The notes below the pieces were generated by a model. That model saw nothing but the letters and a program-made list of their open reading frames with translations, had not been told where the DNA came from and made no database searches. Positions 17,785-28,158 of a stretch of DNA of 32,000 bases are shown piece by piece. The stretch is from Synechocystis sp. PCC 6803 substr. PCC-P. GTDB lineage: Bacteria > Cyanobacteriota > Cyanobacteriia > Cyanobacteriales > Microcystaceae. The stretch covers positions 2,820,001 to 2,852,000 of the forward strand of contig NC_017039.1 of assembly GCF_000284455.1 (NCBI RefSeq), given 5' to 3'. A program made the translations under genes and the position numbers. Within the stretch, counting starts at the first letter, position 1; each line of letters opens with the position of its first letter.

Positions 17785-20403
17785 ATGGCTGCTAACCCTG
17801 CCCTGCCCCCCCAAAACATTGAAGCTGAAGAGTGCATCCTGGGGGGGATTCTCCTCGATCCAGAGGCCATGGGGCGCATCATTGACCTCCTGGTAGTAGA
17901 CGCTTTTTACGTCAAGGCCCATCGTTTGATCTATGAGGCCATGCTTAGTCTCCATGGCCAAAGTCAGCCCACGGATTTGATGTCTGTCAGCAGTTGGCTC
18001 CAAGATCACCATCATTTCGAGGCGATCGGGGGCATGGTGAAATTAACTCAATTATTAGATCGCACCATTTCAGCGGTGAACATTGACCGTTTTGCCGCCC
18101 TAATCATGGATAAATATTTGCGTCGCCAATTAATTGCAGCGGGGCATGACATCGTTGATTTGGGTTACGAAACTAGCAAAGAATTAGAAACAATTTTCGA
18201 TGAATCGGAACAAAAAATATTTCGCCTCACCCAATCTCGTCCCCAAGCAGGGCTAGTACCGTTATCAGAAACCTTAGTTAATACTTTCATTGAATTAGAT
18301 AAATTACACGAAAAACTTTCCAGTCCAGGGGTAGAAACCCAATTCTATGATCTTGATGCAATGACAGGGGGATTACAGCGGGCAGATTTAATTATTTTGG
18401 CCGGCAGGCCGTCGATGGGAAAAACGGCATTCGGTTTAGGAATTGCCGCTAACATCGCTAAAAACCAGAATTTGCCTGTGGCTATTTTTAGCTTAGAAAT
18501 GTCCAAGGAACAGTTGGCATTAAGACTAGTGGCTAGTGAATCCTTAATTGATAGTAACCGTTTACGGACAGGGCACTTTAGCCAAGCAGAATTTGAACCT
18601 TTAACGGCGGCCATGGGCACCCTTTCCAGTTTACCTATCTACATTGACGATACGGCAAGTATTTCCGTAACCCAAATGCGTTCCCAGGTGCGTCGCCTCC
18701 AAAGTGAACAAAAAGGTCCATTGGGTATGGTTCTAATTGATTATTTGCAACTGATGGAAGGAGGCAGTGATAATCGGGTACAGGAATTATCAAAAATTAC
18801 CCGTTCTCTCAAAGGTTTAGCCAGGGAAATTAACGCGCCAGTAATTGCTTTATCTCAGTTAAGTCGAGCGGTGGAATCTAGAACTAACAAACGGCCAATG
18901 ATGTCAGATTTAAGAGAGAGTGGCTGCATCAGTGGAGATAGTTTGATCAGCTTGGCGAGCACAGGAAAAAGAGTTTCTATTAAAGATTTGTTAGATGAAA
19001 AAGATTTTGAAATATGGGCAATTAATGAACAGACGATGAAGCTAGAATCAGCTAAAGTTAGTCGTGTATTTTGTACTGGCAAAAAGCTAGTTTATATTTT
19101 AAAAACTCGACTAGGTAGAACTATCAAGGCAACAGCAAATCATAGATTTTTAACTATTGATGGTTGGAAAAGATTAGATGAGCTATCTTTAAAAGAGCAT
19201 ATTGCTCTACCCCGTAAACTAGAAAGCTCCTCTTTACAATTAATGAGTGATGAGGAACTAGGATTACTAGGGCATCTAATTGGTGATGGCTGTACTTTAC
19301 CTCGCCATGCTATTCAATATACAAGCAATAAAATAGAATTAGCTGAAAAGGTAGTCGAATTAGCAAAAGCAGTTTTTGGCGACCAAATTAATCCTCGTAT
19401 CAGCCAAGAAAGGCAATGGTACCAAGTTTATATCCCTGCTAGTTATCGGCTAACCCATAACAAAAAAAATCCGATTACAAAATGGCTAGAGAATTTAGAC
19501 GTATTCGGACTGCGTTCCTACGAAAAATTTGTTCCTAATCAAGTTTTTGAACAACCACAGAGGGCGATCGCCATTTTTCTAAGACATTTATGGAGTACAG
19601 ATGGTTGCGTCAAATTAATAGTAGAAAAATCATCTAGACCGGTAGCTTATTACGCAACTAGTAGCGAGAAGTTAGCAAAGGATGTACAGTCGTTACTCTT
19701 GAAATTAGGCATTAACGCACGTCTATCAAAAATAAGTCAGAATGGCAAAGGCAGGGATAACTATCATGTAACCATTACAGGGCAAGCTGATTTACAAATC
19801 TTTGTTGATCAAATTGGCGCTGTTGACAAAGACAAACAGGCAAGTGTTGAGGAAATTAAAACCCATATCGCTCAACATCAAGCAAACACTAACAGGGATG
19901 TCATTCCAAAACAAATTTGGAAGACCTATGTGTTGCCACAAATTCAAATAAAAGGGATAACTACTCGCGACTTGCAAATGAGACTTGGTAATGCCTACTG
20001 TGGGACAGCTCTTTATAAACATAATTTGAGTAGGGAAAGAGCAGCAAAAATAGCCACTATTACCCAATCACCAGAAATAGAAAAGTTGTCTCAGAGTGAT
20101 ATTTACTGGGACTCCATCGTTTCTATTACGGAGACTGGAGTCGAAGAGGTTTTTGATTTGACTGTGCCAGGACCACATAACTTTGTCGCCAATGACATCA
20201 TTGTCCATAACAGTATCGAACAAGACGCAGATTTAATTATGATGATTTATCGAGATGAATATTATAATCCCGACACGCCGGACCCAGGGGTAGCAGAATT
20301 GCTAATTGTTAAACATAGAAATGGACCCACTGGCGTAGTTAAATTGTTATTTAAACCGGAATTTACCCAATTTTTAAATTTGCAACGAAGTAATGATTAC
20401 TAG
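17785..20403 (+). CDS. dnaB: Replicative DNA helicase DnaB, intein-containing precursor (872 aa)
   Basis: NIEAEECILGG N-terminal domain, GRPSMGKTAFG Walker A, LIDYLQLM and SQLSRAVE; the helicase sequence resumes after the insert with SIEQDADLIMMIYRDEYY. Confidence 0.97.
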   Translation: MAANPALPPQNIEAEECILGGILLDPEAMGRIIDLLVVDAFYVKAHRLIYEAMLSLHGQSQPTDLMSVSSWLQDHHHFEAIGGMVKLTQLLDRTISAVNIDRFAALIMDKYLRRQLIAAGHDIVDLGYETSKELETIFDESEQKIFRLTQSRPQAGLVPLSETLVNTFIELDKLHEKLSSPGVETQFYDLDAMTGGLQRADLIILAGRPSMGKTAFGLGIAANIAKNQNLPVAIFSLEMSKEQLALRLVASESLIDSNRLRTGHFSQAEFEPLTAAMGTLSSLPIYIDDTASISVTQMRSQVRRLQSEQKGPLGMVLIDYLQLMEGGSDNRVQELSKITRSLKGLAREINAPVIALSQLSRAVESRTNKRPMMSDLRESGCISGDSLISLASTGKRVSIKDLLDEKDFEIWAINEQTMKLESAKVSRVFCTGKKLVYILKTRLGRTIKATANHRFLTIDGWKRLDELSLKEHIALPRKLESSSLQLMSDEELGLLGHLIGDGCTLPRHAIQYTSNKIELAEKVVELAKAVFGDQINPRISQERQWYQVYIPASYRLTHNKKNPITKWLENLDVFGLRSYEKFVPNQVFEQPQRAIAIFLRHLWSTDGCVKLIVEKSSRPVAYYATSSEKLAKDVQSLLLKLGINARLSKISQNGKGRDNYHVTITGQADLQIFVDQIGAVDKDKQASVEEIKTHIAQHQANTNRDVIPKQIWKTYVLPQIQIKGITTRDLQMRLGNAYCGTALYKHNLSRERAAKIATITQSPEIEKLSQSDIYWDSIVSITETGVEEVFDLTVPGPHNFVANDIIVHNSIEQDADLIMMIYRDEYYNPDTPDPGVAELLIVKHRNGPTGVVKLLFKPEFTQFLNLQRSNDY
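18925..20211 (+). mobile_element. In-frame intein (429 aa) in DnaB with an embedded LAGLIDADG-type homing endonuclease region
   Basis: Starts Cys1 (CISGDSLISLASTGKRVSIKDLL); block B ATANHRFLTIDGW; endonuclease-like LLGHLIGDGC and FLRHLWSTDGC; ends GPHNFVANDIIVHN followed by Ser. (20211-18925+1)/3 = 429 codons, in frame. Confidence 0.97.
19563..19572. repeat. HIP1-type palindrome GGCGATCGCC (one of many; other exact copies at 1998-2007 and 2658-2667)
   Basis: Exact decamer read in the sequence; its core GCGATCGC recurs throughout the window in coding and noncoding DNA. Confidence 0.9.
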
Positions 20404-20599
20404 ATTGAGTAAAGAAAGTTTTACCCACAAAGTTTCTGGTAAATTGATTGCCAAAAGCTTTTCCCTGCTTTTTATCCATCAATGGTGAACCAATGGGATT
20501 CGCAAATACACAGTCACCTTGGGCACATCGGGTGAGGTACAGTAAAAGCTGTTAATTTGTTATCCAAATCCCCCTAGCCTGCGGCGCTATGCTTCCCCT

Positions 20600-21511
20600 A
20601 TGCGAGAACAGATTTCTGTCCTTACCCAAAATCTTAGTCAAACCATTGTGGGCAAGGATGAGGCTATTCGTTTGGTGTTGGTGGCCCTGTTGAGTGGGGG
20701 CCATGCTTTGCTGGAAGATGTGCCCGGTGTGGGCAAAACCCTCTTAGCTAAGTCCCTGGCCCGTTCCATTAACGGCAAGTTTCAGCGGGTGCAGTGTACC
20801 CCCGATTTATTACCAACAGATATTACCGGCACTAACATTTGGAACCCCAGTAGTCGTGAGTTTGAGTTTTTGCCCGGCCCGGCGTTTGCCAATATTCTCT
20901 TAGCCGATGAAATTAACCGGGCTACCCCCCGCACCCAGGCTGCTTTGTTGGAGGTGATGGAAGAAAAACAGGTCACAGTGGACGGTGAAACCCGTTTGGT
21001 GCCCCATCCGTTTTTTGTCATTGCTACCCAAAATCCCATTGAGTACCAGGGCACTTTTCCCTTGCCAGAGGCCCAGTTAGATCGTTTTGCCCTTTCCCTC
21101 AGTTTGGGTTATCCGTCGGAAGCAGAAGAACTGAAAATGCTCCAGCGGCAACAAAATCCAGAGGCGATCGCCGTGGGAGATTTAGAGTCTTGCATTTCCT
21201 TGGAAGAAGTGGAGGCATTACAAAAAGCGGTGCGGCAGGTAAAACTAACGGAGGATTTGCAACAGTATCTCCTACGCTTAGTGCGGGCCTCCCGGACTGA
21301 TGAGGACGTTACTTTGGGGGTTAGTCCCCGGGGCACAACAGCTCTACAACGGGCAACCCAAGCCTTTGCCTTTTTGGAAGAACGGGATTATGCCATTGAC
21401 GACGATGTGAAATTTGTTGCTCCCCATGTGTTAGCCCACCGCTTAATTCCTGCGAGCGGCAAAGATCCCAAGGCAATTTTGCAAAGACTTTTGGACAGCG
21501 TACCCATTTAA
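20600..21511 (+). CDS. MoxR-family AAA+ ATPase
   Basis: GGHALLEDVPGVGKTLLAKSLA Walker A, ILLADEINRATPRTQAALLEVMEE Walker B, and ATQNPIEYQGTFPLPEAQLDRF. Confidence 0.94.
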   Translation: MREQISVLTQNLSQTIVGKDEAIRLVLVALLSGGHALLEDVPGVGKTLLAKSLARSINGKFQRVQCTPDLLPTDITGTNIWNPSSREFEFLPGPAFANILLADEINRATPRTQAALLEVMEEKQVTVDGETRLVPHPFFVIATQNPIEYQGTFPLPEAQLDRFALSLSLGYPSEAEELKMLQRQQNPEAIAVGDLESCISLEEVEALQKAVRQVKLTEDLQQYLLRLVRASRTDEDVTLGVSPRGTTALQRATQAFAFLEERDYAIDDDVKFVAPHVLAHRLIPASGKDPKAILQRLLDSVPI

Positions 21512-21541
21512 TTTATTTAACCAAATCGTTCTTTCTTTCCC

Positions 21542-22570
21542 ATGGCAAAAACTCCCATTTTGGTCACCGGTGGGGCCGGTTTTATCGGTGCCAACTTTGT
21601 TTACCATTGCGTTCAAACCTGCGGCGATCGCCGTATTGTTGTCCTCGATGCCCTCACCTATGCTGGGAACCGAGCCACTTTAGCACCATTGGAAAAACTG
21701 CCCAATTTTCGCTTTGTCCAGGGAGATATTGGCGATCGCCATTTGGTGGATCAACTATTGAGGGAAGAGCAGATTGAGACCATAGCCCATTTTGCGGCGG
21801 AATCCCATGTGGACCGTTCCATCCTTGGCCCTGGAGCCTTTGTACAAACCAATGTGGTGGGTACTTTCACCCTGTTGGAAGCTTTTCGAGAACATTGGCA
21901 AAGGCGGGGAAACCCAGCCCAATTTCGCTTTCTCCACGTTTCCACCGATGAAGTTTACGGCAGTTTAACCCCCAATGAACCGGGTTTTTCGGAAACCACC
22001 CCCTATTCCCCCAACAGTCCCTATTCCGCTTCCAAGGCCGGCAGTGATCATTTGGTGCGGGCCTATTTTCACACCTACGGCTTGCCCACTTTAATTACTA
22101 ATTGTTCCAACAATTATGGCCCCTACCAATTTCCCGAAAAGTTAATTCCCCTCATGTGCCTCAACATTCTGCGTGGGGAAAAGTTGCCGGTGTATGGTGA
22201 CGGTCAAAATGTGCGGGATTGGCTTTATGTCACAGACCACTGCCAAGCTCTGGACTTAGTTTTGCACCAAGCCTTGCCAGGGGCAACCTACAACATTGGC
22301 GGCAACAATGAAGTTAAAAATATTGAATTGGTAGAAATTTTATGCGACTTGATGGACGAATTAGCTCCTGATTTACCAGTTAAGCCGGCACGACAACTGA
22401 TTAGCTATGTGACCGATCGCCCTGGGCATGATCGCCGCTACGCCATTGATGCCAGCAAGATTAAACGGGAGTTGGGCTGGGAACCAAAAGTAACAGTGGA
22501 ACGGGGCTTAAGACAAACAGTGCAATGGTATTTAGACCATGAAGCCTGGTGGAGGCCCCTGTTGGGTTAG
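21542..22570 (+). CDS. rfbB: dTDP-glucose 4,6-dehydratase
   Basis: [81 protein letters not shown]. Confidence 0.96.
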   Translation: MAKTPILVTGGAGFIGANFVYHCVQTCGDRRIVVLDALTYAGNRATLAPLEKLPNFRFVQGDIGDRHLVDQLLREEQIETIAHFAAESHVDRSILGPGAFVQTNVVGTFTLLEAFREHWQRRGNPAQFRFLHVSTDEVYGSLTPNEPGFSETTPYSPNSPYSASKAGSDHLVRAYFHTYGLPTLITNCSNNYGPYQFPEKLIPLMCLNILRGEKLPVYGDGQNVRDWLYVTDHCQALDLVLHQALPGATYNIGGNNEVKNIELVEILCDLMDELAPDLPVKPARQLISYVTDRPGHDRRYAIDASKIKRELGWEPKVTVERGLRQTVQWYLDHEAWWRPLLG

Positions 22571-22636
22571 TGAATATCAACCAAAGGCGATCGCCTAGTC
22601 CATTGGGTAACAGGGATTGCAGAGATTGACAAAATC

Positions 22637-22900
22637 CTATTGCTGGGGTGGATTTTCCCGCTCCATCTCAATGCGGAGGGGAGCATCAGGTTTTTCCGTT
22701 AATCCCAAGCTATTGAGAACCTGCACCACGCCAAAGGCCACCACTACCCCCAGCACCAGTCCTCCCACCACCAAAATGACAAACCAGTTGCGGGCTTTTT
22801 TCAGAGCCTCTTCCCGACGAGCTCCCGTGATGTCGTCGTATTCGTCAAAATTAGAGTTACCTTGATCGGAGCCACCACCATTGGGGGAAGGGAAAACCAT
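22637..22900 (-). CDS. Small single-TM hypothetical protein
   Basis: 87 aa; GARREEALKKARNWFVILVVGGLVLGVVVAFGVVQVL, one clear TM helix. Confidence 0.7.
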   Translation of the reverse strand: MVFPSPNGGGSDQGNSNFDEYDDITGARREEALKKARNWFVILVVGGLVLGVVVAFGVVQVLNSLGLTEKPDAPLRIEMERENPPQQ

Positions 22901-23007
22901 AAAATTTTAGGGCGATCGCCAAAATAGCCCCTTAAGGTTATCCTGATTTTCCGCCTTGGCAAAGGCCAAAATTACCTAATCCCCCAAGCATCTCTTAAGG
23001 AAGACAA

Positions 23008-25017
23008 TCAATCTGGACGTAAATTAGGCGCAAACTTATCCGGCACTTCCTGGAGATGGTCAGATTGCCAAGTAAAATTCCCCACCCCCAAGGTCAAAGA
23101 ACGCAGTTCAATAATGAAGTTCTGCATTTCTGCTTGGGGTAAATGGGCAGCCACCTGGTCCCAACTTTTCCAGTCGGAACGGGCTTCGTAACCAAGAATT
23201 TGGCCCCGATGGCCGCTTACTAGTTGCAACACCCGAGAGGTAAATTCCGTTGGGGTGGTGACGTTAACGCTCAAAATTGGCTCCAACAACACCGGATTAC
23301 ATTGGGGCATTCCTTCCGTCATGGCTAGGCGGGCGGCCTGTTTAAAAGCCTGTTCAGAACTGTCAACATTATGGTAGGAACCGTCAGTTAAAGTAACGGC
23401 GATATCCACCACAGGGTAGCCAAGGGGGCCTTTAGCTAAATATTCTCGTACCCCCATTTCCACCCCAGGAATATATTGTTTGGGCACCACTCCCCCCACA
23501 ATGGTTTCACTGAAGCTAAAGCCGTTACCCCGTTCCAGGGGTTTAATGGTAAGGTACACATCGCCAAATGCGCCATGGCCACCGGTTTGATGTTTGTAGC
23601 GGCCGTGAACTTCTGTGCCTTTACGAATGGTTTCTTTATAGGGAACTTGGGGTTGTTGGCTGACCATGGGCAGTTTATATTGCCTTTCCAATCTTTCCAG
23701 TGCCACTTTGAGATGAATCTCCCCTTGGCCCCAAAGGATTACTTCTTGGGTTTCGGTATTTTGCTCCCAAGTTAGGGAAGGGTCCTCCTCCACTAATTTT
23801 CCCAGGGCAGTGCTGAGTTTGACTTCATCTTTCCTCTGTTCCGGGGCGATCGCCAGACCATAGACCGGGGGCAAAGGCTCAACAAAGGGCAGGGGTTTGA
23901 CATCAGCAGTAGAAAGGGTAGTCCCGGTGTTGATATTTTCTAACCGAGCTAGACCCACAATTTCCCCCACCGTGGCGGTTTGTACCGGTGTTTGCTGATT
24001 ACCAAAAAGACGATAAATGCCCCCCAGCCTTTGACCATTTAGGGAGTCAGCTTCCCGTAAAGTTCCCTGCCAAATGCGAGCCAGGGATAATCGACCCTGG
24101 GGAGTGAAATAGGTTTTTAATACCTGGGCAATGACGGGGCCGGAACCATCGGTGCTCAAACTCCGGCGGGCCGCCGTCACACTGGGGTCCGGTGCTTCCT
24201 TAATCAACACATCCAGCAATGGTCGGACACCGAAATCCTGCTCCGCCGCCCCCAGCACCACCGGCACAATTAAATCTGCCCCCAATTCCTGTTTGAAATC
24301 CGCTTCGATTTCCGCCTGGGGCGGTTCCACTTCCTCCAACAATTCCTCCAACAGGCGATCGTCAAAGTCCGCCAACGCCTCCAACATTTCCTGGCGGGCC
24401 TGGTGTTCAGCCCCGGCTAATTCCGCTGGCAACGCAATGGGATCGGCGGCACTGCCAGTGTGGTATTGATAGGCTTGCTCCGTAATGAGGTCAATATAGC
24501 CCTGTAACTCCTCCCCTTTGTAAATGGGATACTGCTGGGGAATTAGGGGCCGGGAAGAAACACTTTTCAGGGCCTGTAAAACTTCCCCAAAGGGTTGTTT
24601 AGCCCGGTCCATTTTATTGATAAACACCAGATGGGGAATGGCCCAATCATCCAAAAATTTAAACAAAGGGGCGAGGGTCAAAACCCGACTCACATCCGCC
24701 TCACAAACGATGACCGCAGTACCGGCGCCGACCAACGCTCCATAGGTTTCCTGGGCAAACTCGATGGAACCTGGACAATCGAGGAAATTTAAGCGCAAAT
24801 TTTCATAATCAATCCCTGCCACACTCACTTCCACACTCATTTGGCGGGCCTTGGCCTCAGGGCTGCTATCGCTCACTGTGTTGCCGTCTTTGATATTCCC
24901 CTTACGGCTGACACTGCCACTAACCCACAAAACACTTTCAAGCAGGGTGGTTTTACCACTGCCATAGGGGCCAACAATGGCCACGTTGCGGAGGGATTCA
25001 TTGGTGGGGTTGTTCAT
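23008..25017 (-). CDS. Elongation factor G-like GTPase (divergent EF-G paralog)
   Basis: GPYGSGKTT (G1), LDCPGSIEF (G3), NKMDRA (G4), and EF-G domain III-V segments (GRYKHQTGGHGAFGDVYL, QAFKQAARLAM, VSGHRGQILG). Confidence 0.9.
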   Translation of the reverse strand: MNNPTNESLRNVAIVGPYGSGKTTLLESVLWVSGSVSRKGNIKDGNTVSDSSPEAKARQMSVEVSVAGIDYENLRLNFLDCPGSIEFAQETYGALVGAGTAVIVCEADVSRVLTLAPLFKFLDDWAIPHLVFINKMDRAKQPFGEVLQALKSVSSRPLIPQQYPIYKGEELQGYIDLITEQAYQYHTGSAADPIALPAELAGAEHQARQEMLEALADFDDRLLEELLEEVEPPQAEIEADFKQELGADLIVPVVLGAAEQDFGVRPLLDVLIKEAPDPSVTAARRSLSTDGSGPVIAQVLKTYFTPQGRLSLARIWQGTLREADSLNGQRLGGIYRLFGNQQTPVQTATVGEIVGLARLENINTGTTLSTADVKPLPFVEPLPPVYGLAIAPEQRKDEVKLSTALGKLVEEDPSLTWEQNTETQEVILWGQGEIHLKVALERLERQYKLPMVSQQPQVPYKETIRKGTEVHGRYKHQTGGHGAFGDVYLTIKPLERGNGFSFSETIVGGVVPKQYIPGVEMGVREYLAKGPLGYPVVDIAVTLTDGSYHNVDSSEQAFKQAARLAMTEGMPQCNPVLLEPILSVNVTTPTEFTSRVLQLVSGHRGQILGYEARSDWKSWDQVAAHLPQAEMQNFIIELRSLTLGVGNFTWQSDHLQEVPDKFAPNLRPD

Positions 25018-25150
25018 AAAAAAATACCTGAAAGGCTCTTATTGCTGAGCCTAACCCAGAATTCCCGGCCTCAAACCTCTCCGCAATCTCTTGTAAAATT
25101 CGGGCAGGAGATTGTTAACTCTGGTTAAGTTTCAGTGGGTAAAAAACGAC

Positions 25151-26176
25151 ATGGATTATCGGCAAGCGGGCGTAGATGTGGAAGCAGGCAGGGAATTTGT
25201 CAGCCGCATTCGGCAACAGGTGGAAAGTACCTTTCGCCCAGAGGTTATGGGGGGCATTGGCGGTTTTGCCGGGCTGTTTGAGATTCCCGCTGGCTATAAA
25301 GCACCGGTGTTGGTTTCCGGCACAGACGGGGTGGGTACAAAACTGAAGATTGCCCAGGCCATGGACCAACACCACACCATTGGCATTGATTTGGTGGCTA
25401 TGTGTGTAAATGATATTTTGACCACCGGAGCAGAACCCCTATATTTTCTCGATTATTTAGCCACGGGCAAGTTGGAACCGGCCCAATTGGCCGATGTGGT
25501 CACCGGCATTGTGGAAGGCTGTAAACAATCTGGCTGTGCTTTGTTGGGGGGGGAAACAGCGGAAATGCCTGGTTTTTACGGGGCAGGAGAATATGATGCG
25601 GCGGGCTTTGCGGTGGGCATTGTGGAAAAGTCCCAATTACTCAACGGCTCCCAGGTAAACATTGGCGATGTGGCGATCGCCGTGGAGAGTTCGGGGGTCC
25701 ACAGTAATGGTTTTAGTCTGGTGCGGAAAATCATTGAAAGCAATGGCTGGCAATGGTCTGATTGTTTACCAGAGTGGGGAGGCCAGTCCTTAGGAGAAAT
25801 CTTTTTAGAACCCACCAGGATCTACGTCAAACCTATCCAGGCGTTATTGAAGTCAGGCATTAACATCCACGGCATGGCCCACATTACCGGCGGCGGATTG
25901 CCAGAAAATCTCCCCCGCTGTTTGGGGCAGGGGCAATCCATCCAAGTCAAAGCTGGAAGTTGGCAACCCTTACCCGTATTTAACTGGTTAGCTGACAAAG
26001 GCCAAGTCAACTCCACTGCCATGCTGGAAACCTTTAATTTGGGGGTAGGTTTTGTGGTGCTTGTCTCTCCGGAGCAGAGGCAGACAACCCTAGATTTTTT
26101 CTCCGGGCAGGGGCTGGTGGCTAATCAGATTGGGACAGTAATCGAAGGCGATGGCGCTTTTGTTTGGCTAGATTAG
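25151..26176 (+). CDS. purM: Phosphoribosylformylglycinamidine cyclo-ligase
   Basis: [69 protein letters not shown]. Start set at the internal ATG 25151. Confidence 0.96.
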   Translation: MDYRQAGVDVEAGREFVSRIRQQVESTFRPEVMGGIGGFAGLFEIPAGYKAPVLVSGTDGVGTKLKIAQAMDQHHTIGIDLVAMCVNDILTTGAEPLYFLDYLATGKLEPAQLADVVTGIVEGCKQSGCALLGGETAEMPGFYGAGEYDAAGFAVGIVEKSQLLNGSQVNIGDVAIAVESSGVHSNGFSLVRKIIESNGWQWSDCLPEWGGQSLGEIFLEPTRIYVKPIQALLKSGINIHGMAHITGGGLPENLPRCLGQGQSIQVKAGSWQPLPVFNWLADKGQVNSTAMLETFNLGVGFVVLVSPEQRQTTLDFFSGQGLVANQIGTVIEGDGAFVWLD

Positions 26177-26811
26177 TTAACAGTCTTATTTGCTCTGGCC
26201 TGGATTACCTGTAAACTGCCCCCCGCATAGAGATGCTTACGAACAACTGTGAAACCAGCTTGGTCCAGTAATGACCCTAAATCGGTGTTAATTAACTGCC
26301 AGGCGGTTTCCGTTTCAAACAGGCCCATAAAAATTGCCAAGGGCGGCCAAAATAGCCAATTACTGGGGCGATGTAAATCCACTAAGGCAAAAATTCCTCC
26401 TGGTTTGAGCACACGGTGTACGCCGCTGATAATGCTCTGTAGTTGTGCCGGAGTCATTTCGTGCAGGGCGACGCTGGTGTGCACTAGGTCGAATTCCCCT
26501 TCCCCAAAGGGTAAATCCTCGGCCAAACCCTGAACATAGGTCGCCTGGGGTACATTAATTTTCGCCCTGCCCAGGGCCTTGGGGGAAGCATCCAGCCCCA
26601 CCACCGTGGCTCCAGATTGAGCTAGGTAAACAGTGGCTTGGCCACCCCCGCAACACAAATCCAGCACCTTCTGTCCCGGTGAAATTGCTAAATTCTCCAA
26701 TGGCAATTGATGGAAACGCTCTTCTCCCCCCACATTCAAAGTCGCTAGGCGGGAAACTAGGGCGTAAACCCACGGATACTGATAACTCCAAGTGCGGAAA
26801 ATAGTTGCCAT
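26173..26811 (-). CDS. Class I SAM-dependent methyltransferase
   Basis: [28 protein letters not shown] motif I and [11 protein letters not shown]. Confidence 0.88.
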   Translation of the reverse strand: MATIFRTWSYQYPWVYALVSRLATLNVGGEERFHQLPLENLAISPGQKVLDLCCGGGQATVYLAQSGATVVGLDASPKALGRAKINVPQATYVQGLAEDLPFGEGEFDLVHTSVALHEMTPAQLQSIISGVHRVLKPGGIFALVDLHRPSNWLFWPPLAIFMGLFETETAWQLINTDLGSLLDQAGFTVVRKHLYAGGSLQVIQARANKTVN

Positions 26812-26923
26812 AACCTAGAAAGAAATTGGGACGCCGTTTGTAGGTTGGGATTCTTTCCTTTTCGCCATCTATTGTTACACTTGGTAAAGAAACTGAAAAA
26901 TCATTCTACTAAGCTTAACAATT

Positions 26924-28087
26924 ATGGGTCGTGTTGGGGTCTTACTGCTAAATCTTGGCGGACCGGAGAAGTTAGAGGATGTACGCCCCTTCCTTTTTAA
27001 CCTGTTTGCGGATCCGGAAATCATTCGTCTCCCTTTTCCTTGGTTGCAAAAACCCCTGGCATGGCTGATTTCTACCCTACGGGCGAAAAAATCCCAGGCC
27101 AACTACGCCGAAATCGGTGGTGGTTCCCCCCTGTTGCAGATTACCGAAGCCCAAGCCTCCGCCCTCACGACCCGTCTGGAACGCCTTGGCCAGGATGCAA
27201 AAGTGTACATTGGCATGCGCTACTGGCACCCCTTTACGGAGGAAGCCGTCGAAAAAATTAAAGGCGATCGCCTGCAACGGCTGGTGATTTTGCCTCTATA
27301 TCCCCATTTTTCCATTAGCACTAGCGGCTCCAGTTTCCGGGTGTTGGAGGAAATGTGGCATAACGACCCCAGTTTGCGGCAATTGGACTATAGCCTGATC
27401 CCCTCTTGGTACGACCATCCGGGCTATCTCCAGGCCATGGCGGATTTGATTGCTCAAGAATTAAAGAAATTCCCCAATCCAGACCAAGCCCATATTTTCT
27501 TCAGTGCCCACGGTGTGCCCCAAAGCTATGTGGATGAAGCGGGAGACCCCTACCAGGCAGAAATTGAAGCCTGTACCCGTTTGATAATGCGGACTCTCGA
27601 TCGTCCGAACCAATACACGTTGGCCTACCAAAGTCGGGTGGGGCCAGTGGAATGGCTCAAGCCCTACACGGAAGAAGCTCTGCAAAAACTGGGGGCGGAG
27701 GGCATTGACGATCTATTGGTGGTGCCCATTAGCTTTGTGTCAGAACATATTGAAACCCTCCAGGAAATTGACATCGAGTATCGGGAAATTGCCGAAGAAG
27801 CCGGCATTGATAATTTTCAGCGGGTACCGGCCCTAAACACCCATCCAGTTTTCATCGACGCCTTGGCCCAGATGGTGATGGATTCCCTCAACGATCCTCC
27901 CTGCACCTTTGAAACGGTGCCCCATCCCAAAAAGAACATGAAAATGTATCCCCAGGAAAGATGGGAATGGGGTTTGACTACGGCGGCGGAAGTATGGAAT
28001 GGTCGCCTCGCCATGTTGGGTTTCATTGCCCTGTTGGTGGAGTTGATCAGCGGCCAGGGCCCGTTGCATTTTGTCGGCTTGCTTTAG
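26924..28087 (+). CDS. hemH: Ferrochelatase with C-terminal LHC/HLIP-like transmembrane segment
   Basis: [38 protein letters not shown]-like motif ([11 protein letters not shown]), [35 protein letters not shown], and C-terminal [33 protein letters not shown]. Confidence 0.96.
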   Translation: MGRVGVLLLNLGGPEKLEDVRPFLFNLFADPEIIRLPFPWLQKPLAWLISTLRAKKSQANYAEIGGGSPLLQITEAQASALTTRLERLGQDAKVYIGMRYWHPFTEEAVEKIKGDRLQRLVILPLYPHFSISTSGSSFRVLEEMWHNDPSLRQLDYSLIPSWYDHPGYLQAMADLIAQELKKFPNPDQAHIFFSAHGVPQSYVDEAGDPYQAEIEACTRLIMRTLDRPNQYTLAYQSRVGPVEWLKPYTEEALQKLGAEGIDDLLVVPISFVSEHIETLQEIDIEYREIAEEAGIDNFQRVPALNTHPVFIDALAQMVMDSLNDPPCTFETVPHPKKNMKMYPQERWEWGLTTAAEVWNGRLAMLGFIALLVELISGQGPLHFVGLL

Positions 28088-28107
28088 AAAACTTTTGAAA
28101 GTCCCCA

Positions 28108-28127
28108 AACCCCCAATGATGGGGGAA
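28108..28127. terminator. Possible short hairpin between convergent hemH and amidase genes
   Basis: CCCCC-AATGAT-GGGGG at 28110-28125, without a strong T-tract. Confidence 0.3.
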
Positions 28128-28158
28128 TTAGATTATTGCAACCGATCTTGACACTGCG

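Noticed and set aside
24131-24469. 113-aa + strand ORF antisense to the EF-G-like gene
   Set aside because: It is a low-complexity Ser/Ala/Asn-rich translation, entirely within a well-supported coding region on the other strand; a typical shadow ORF.
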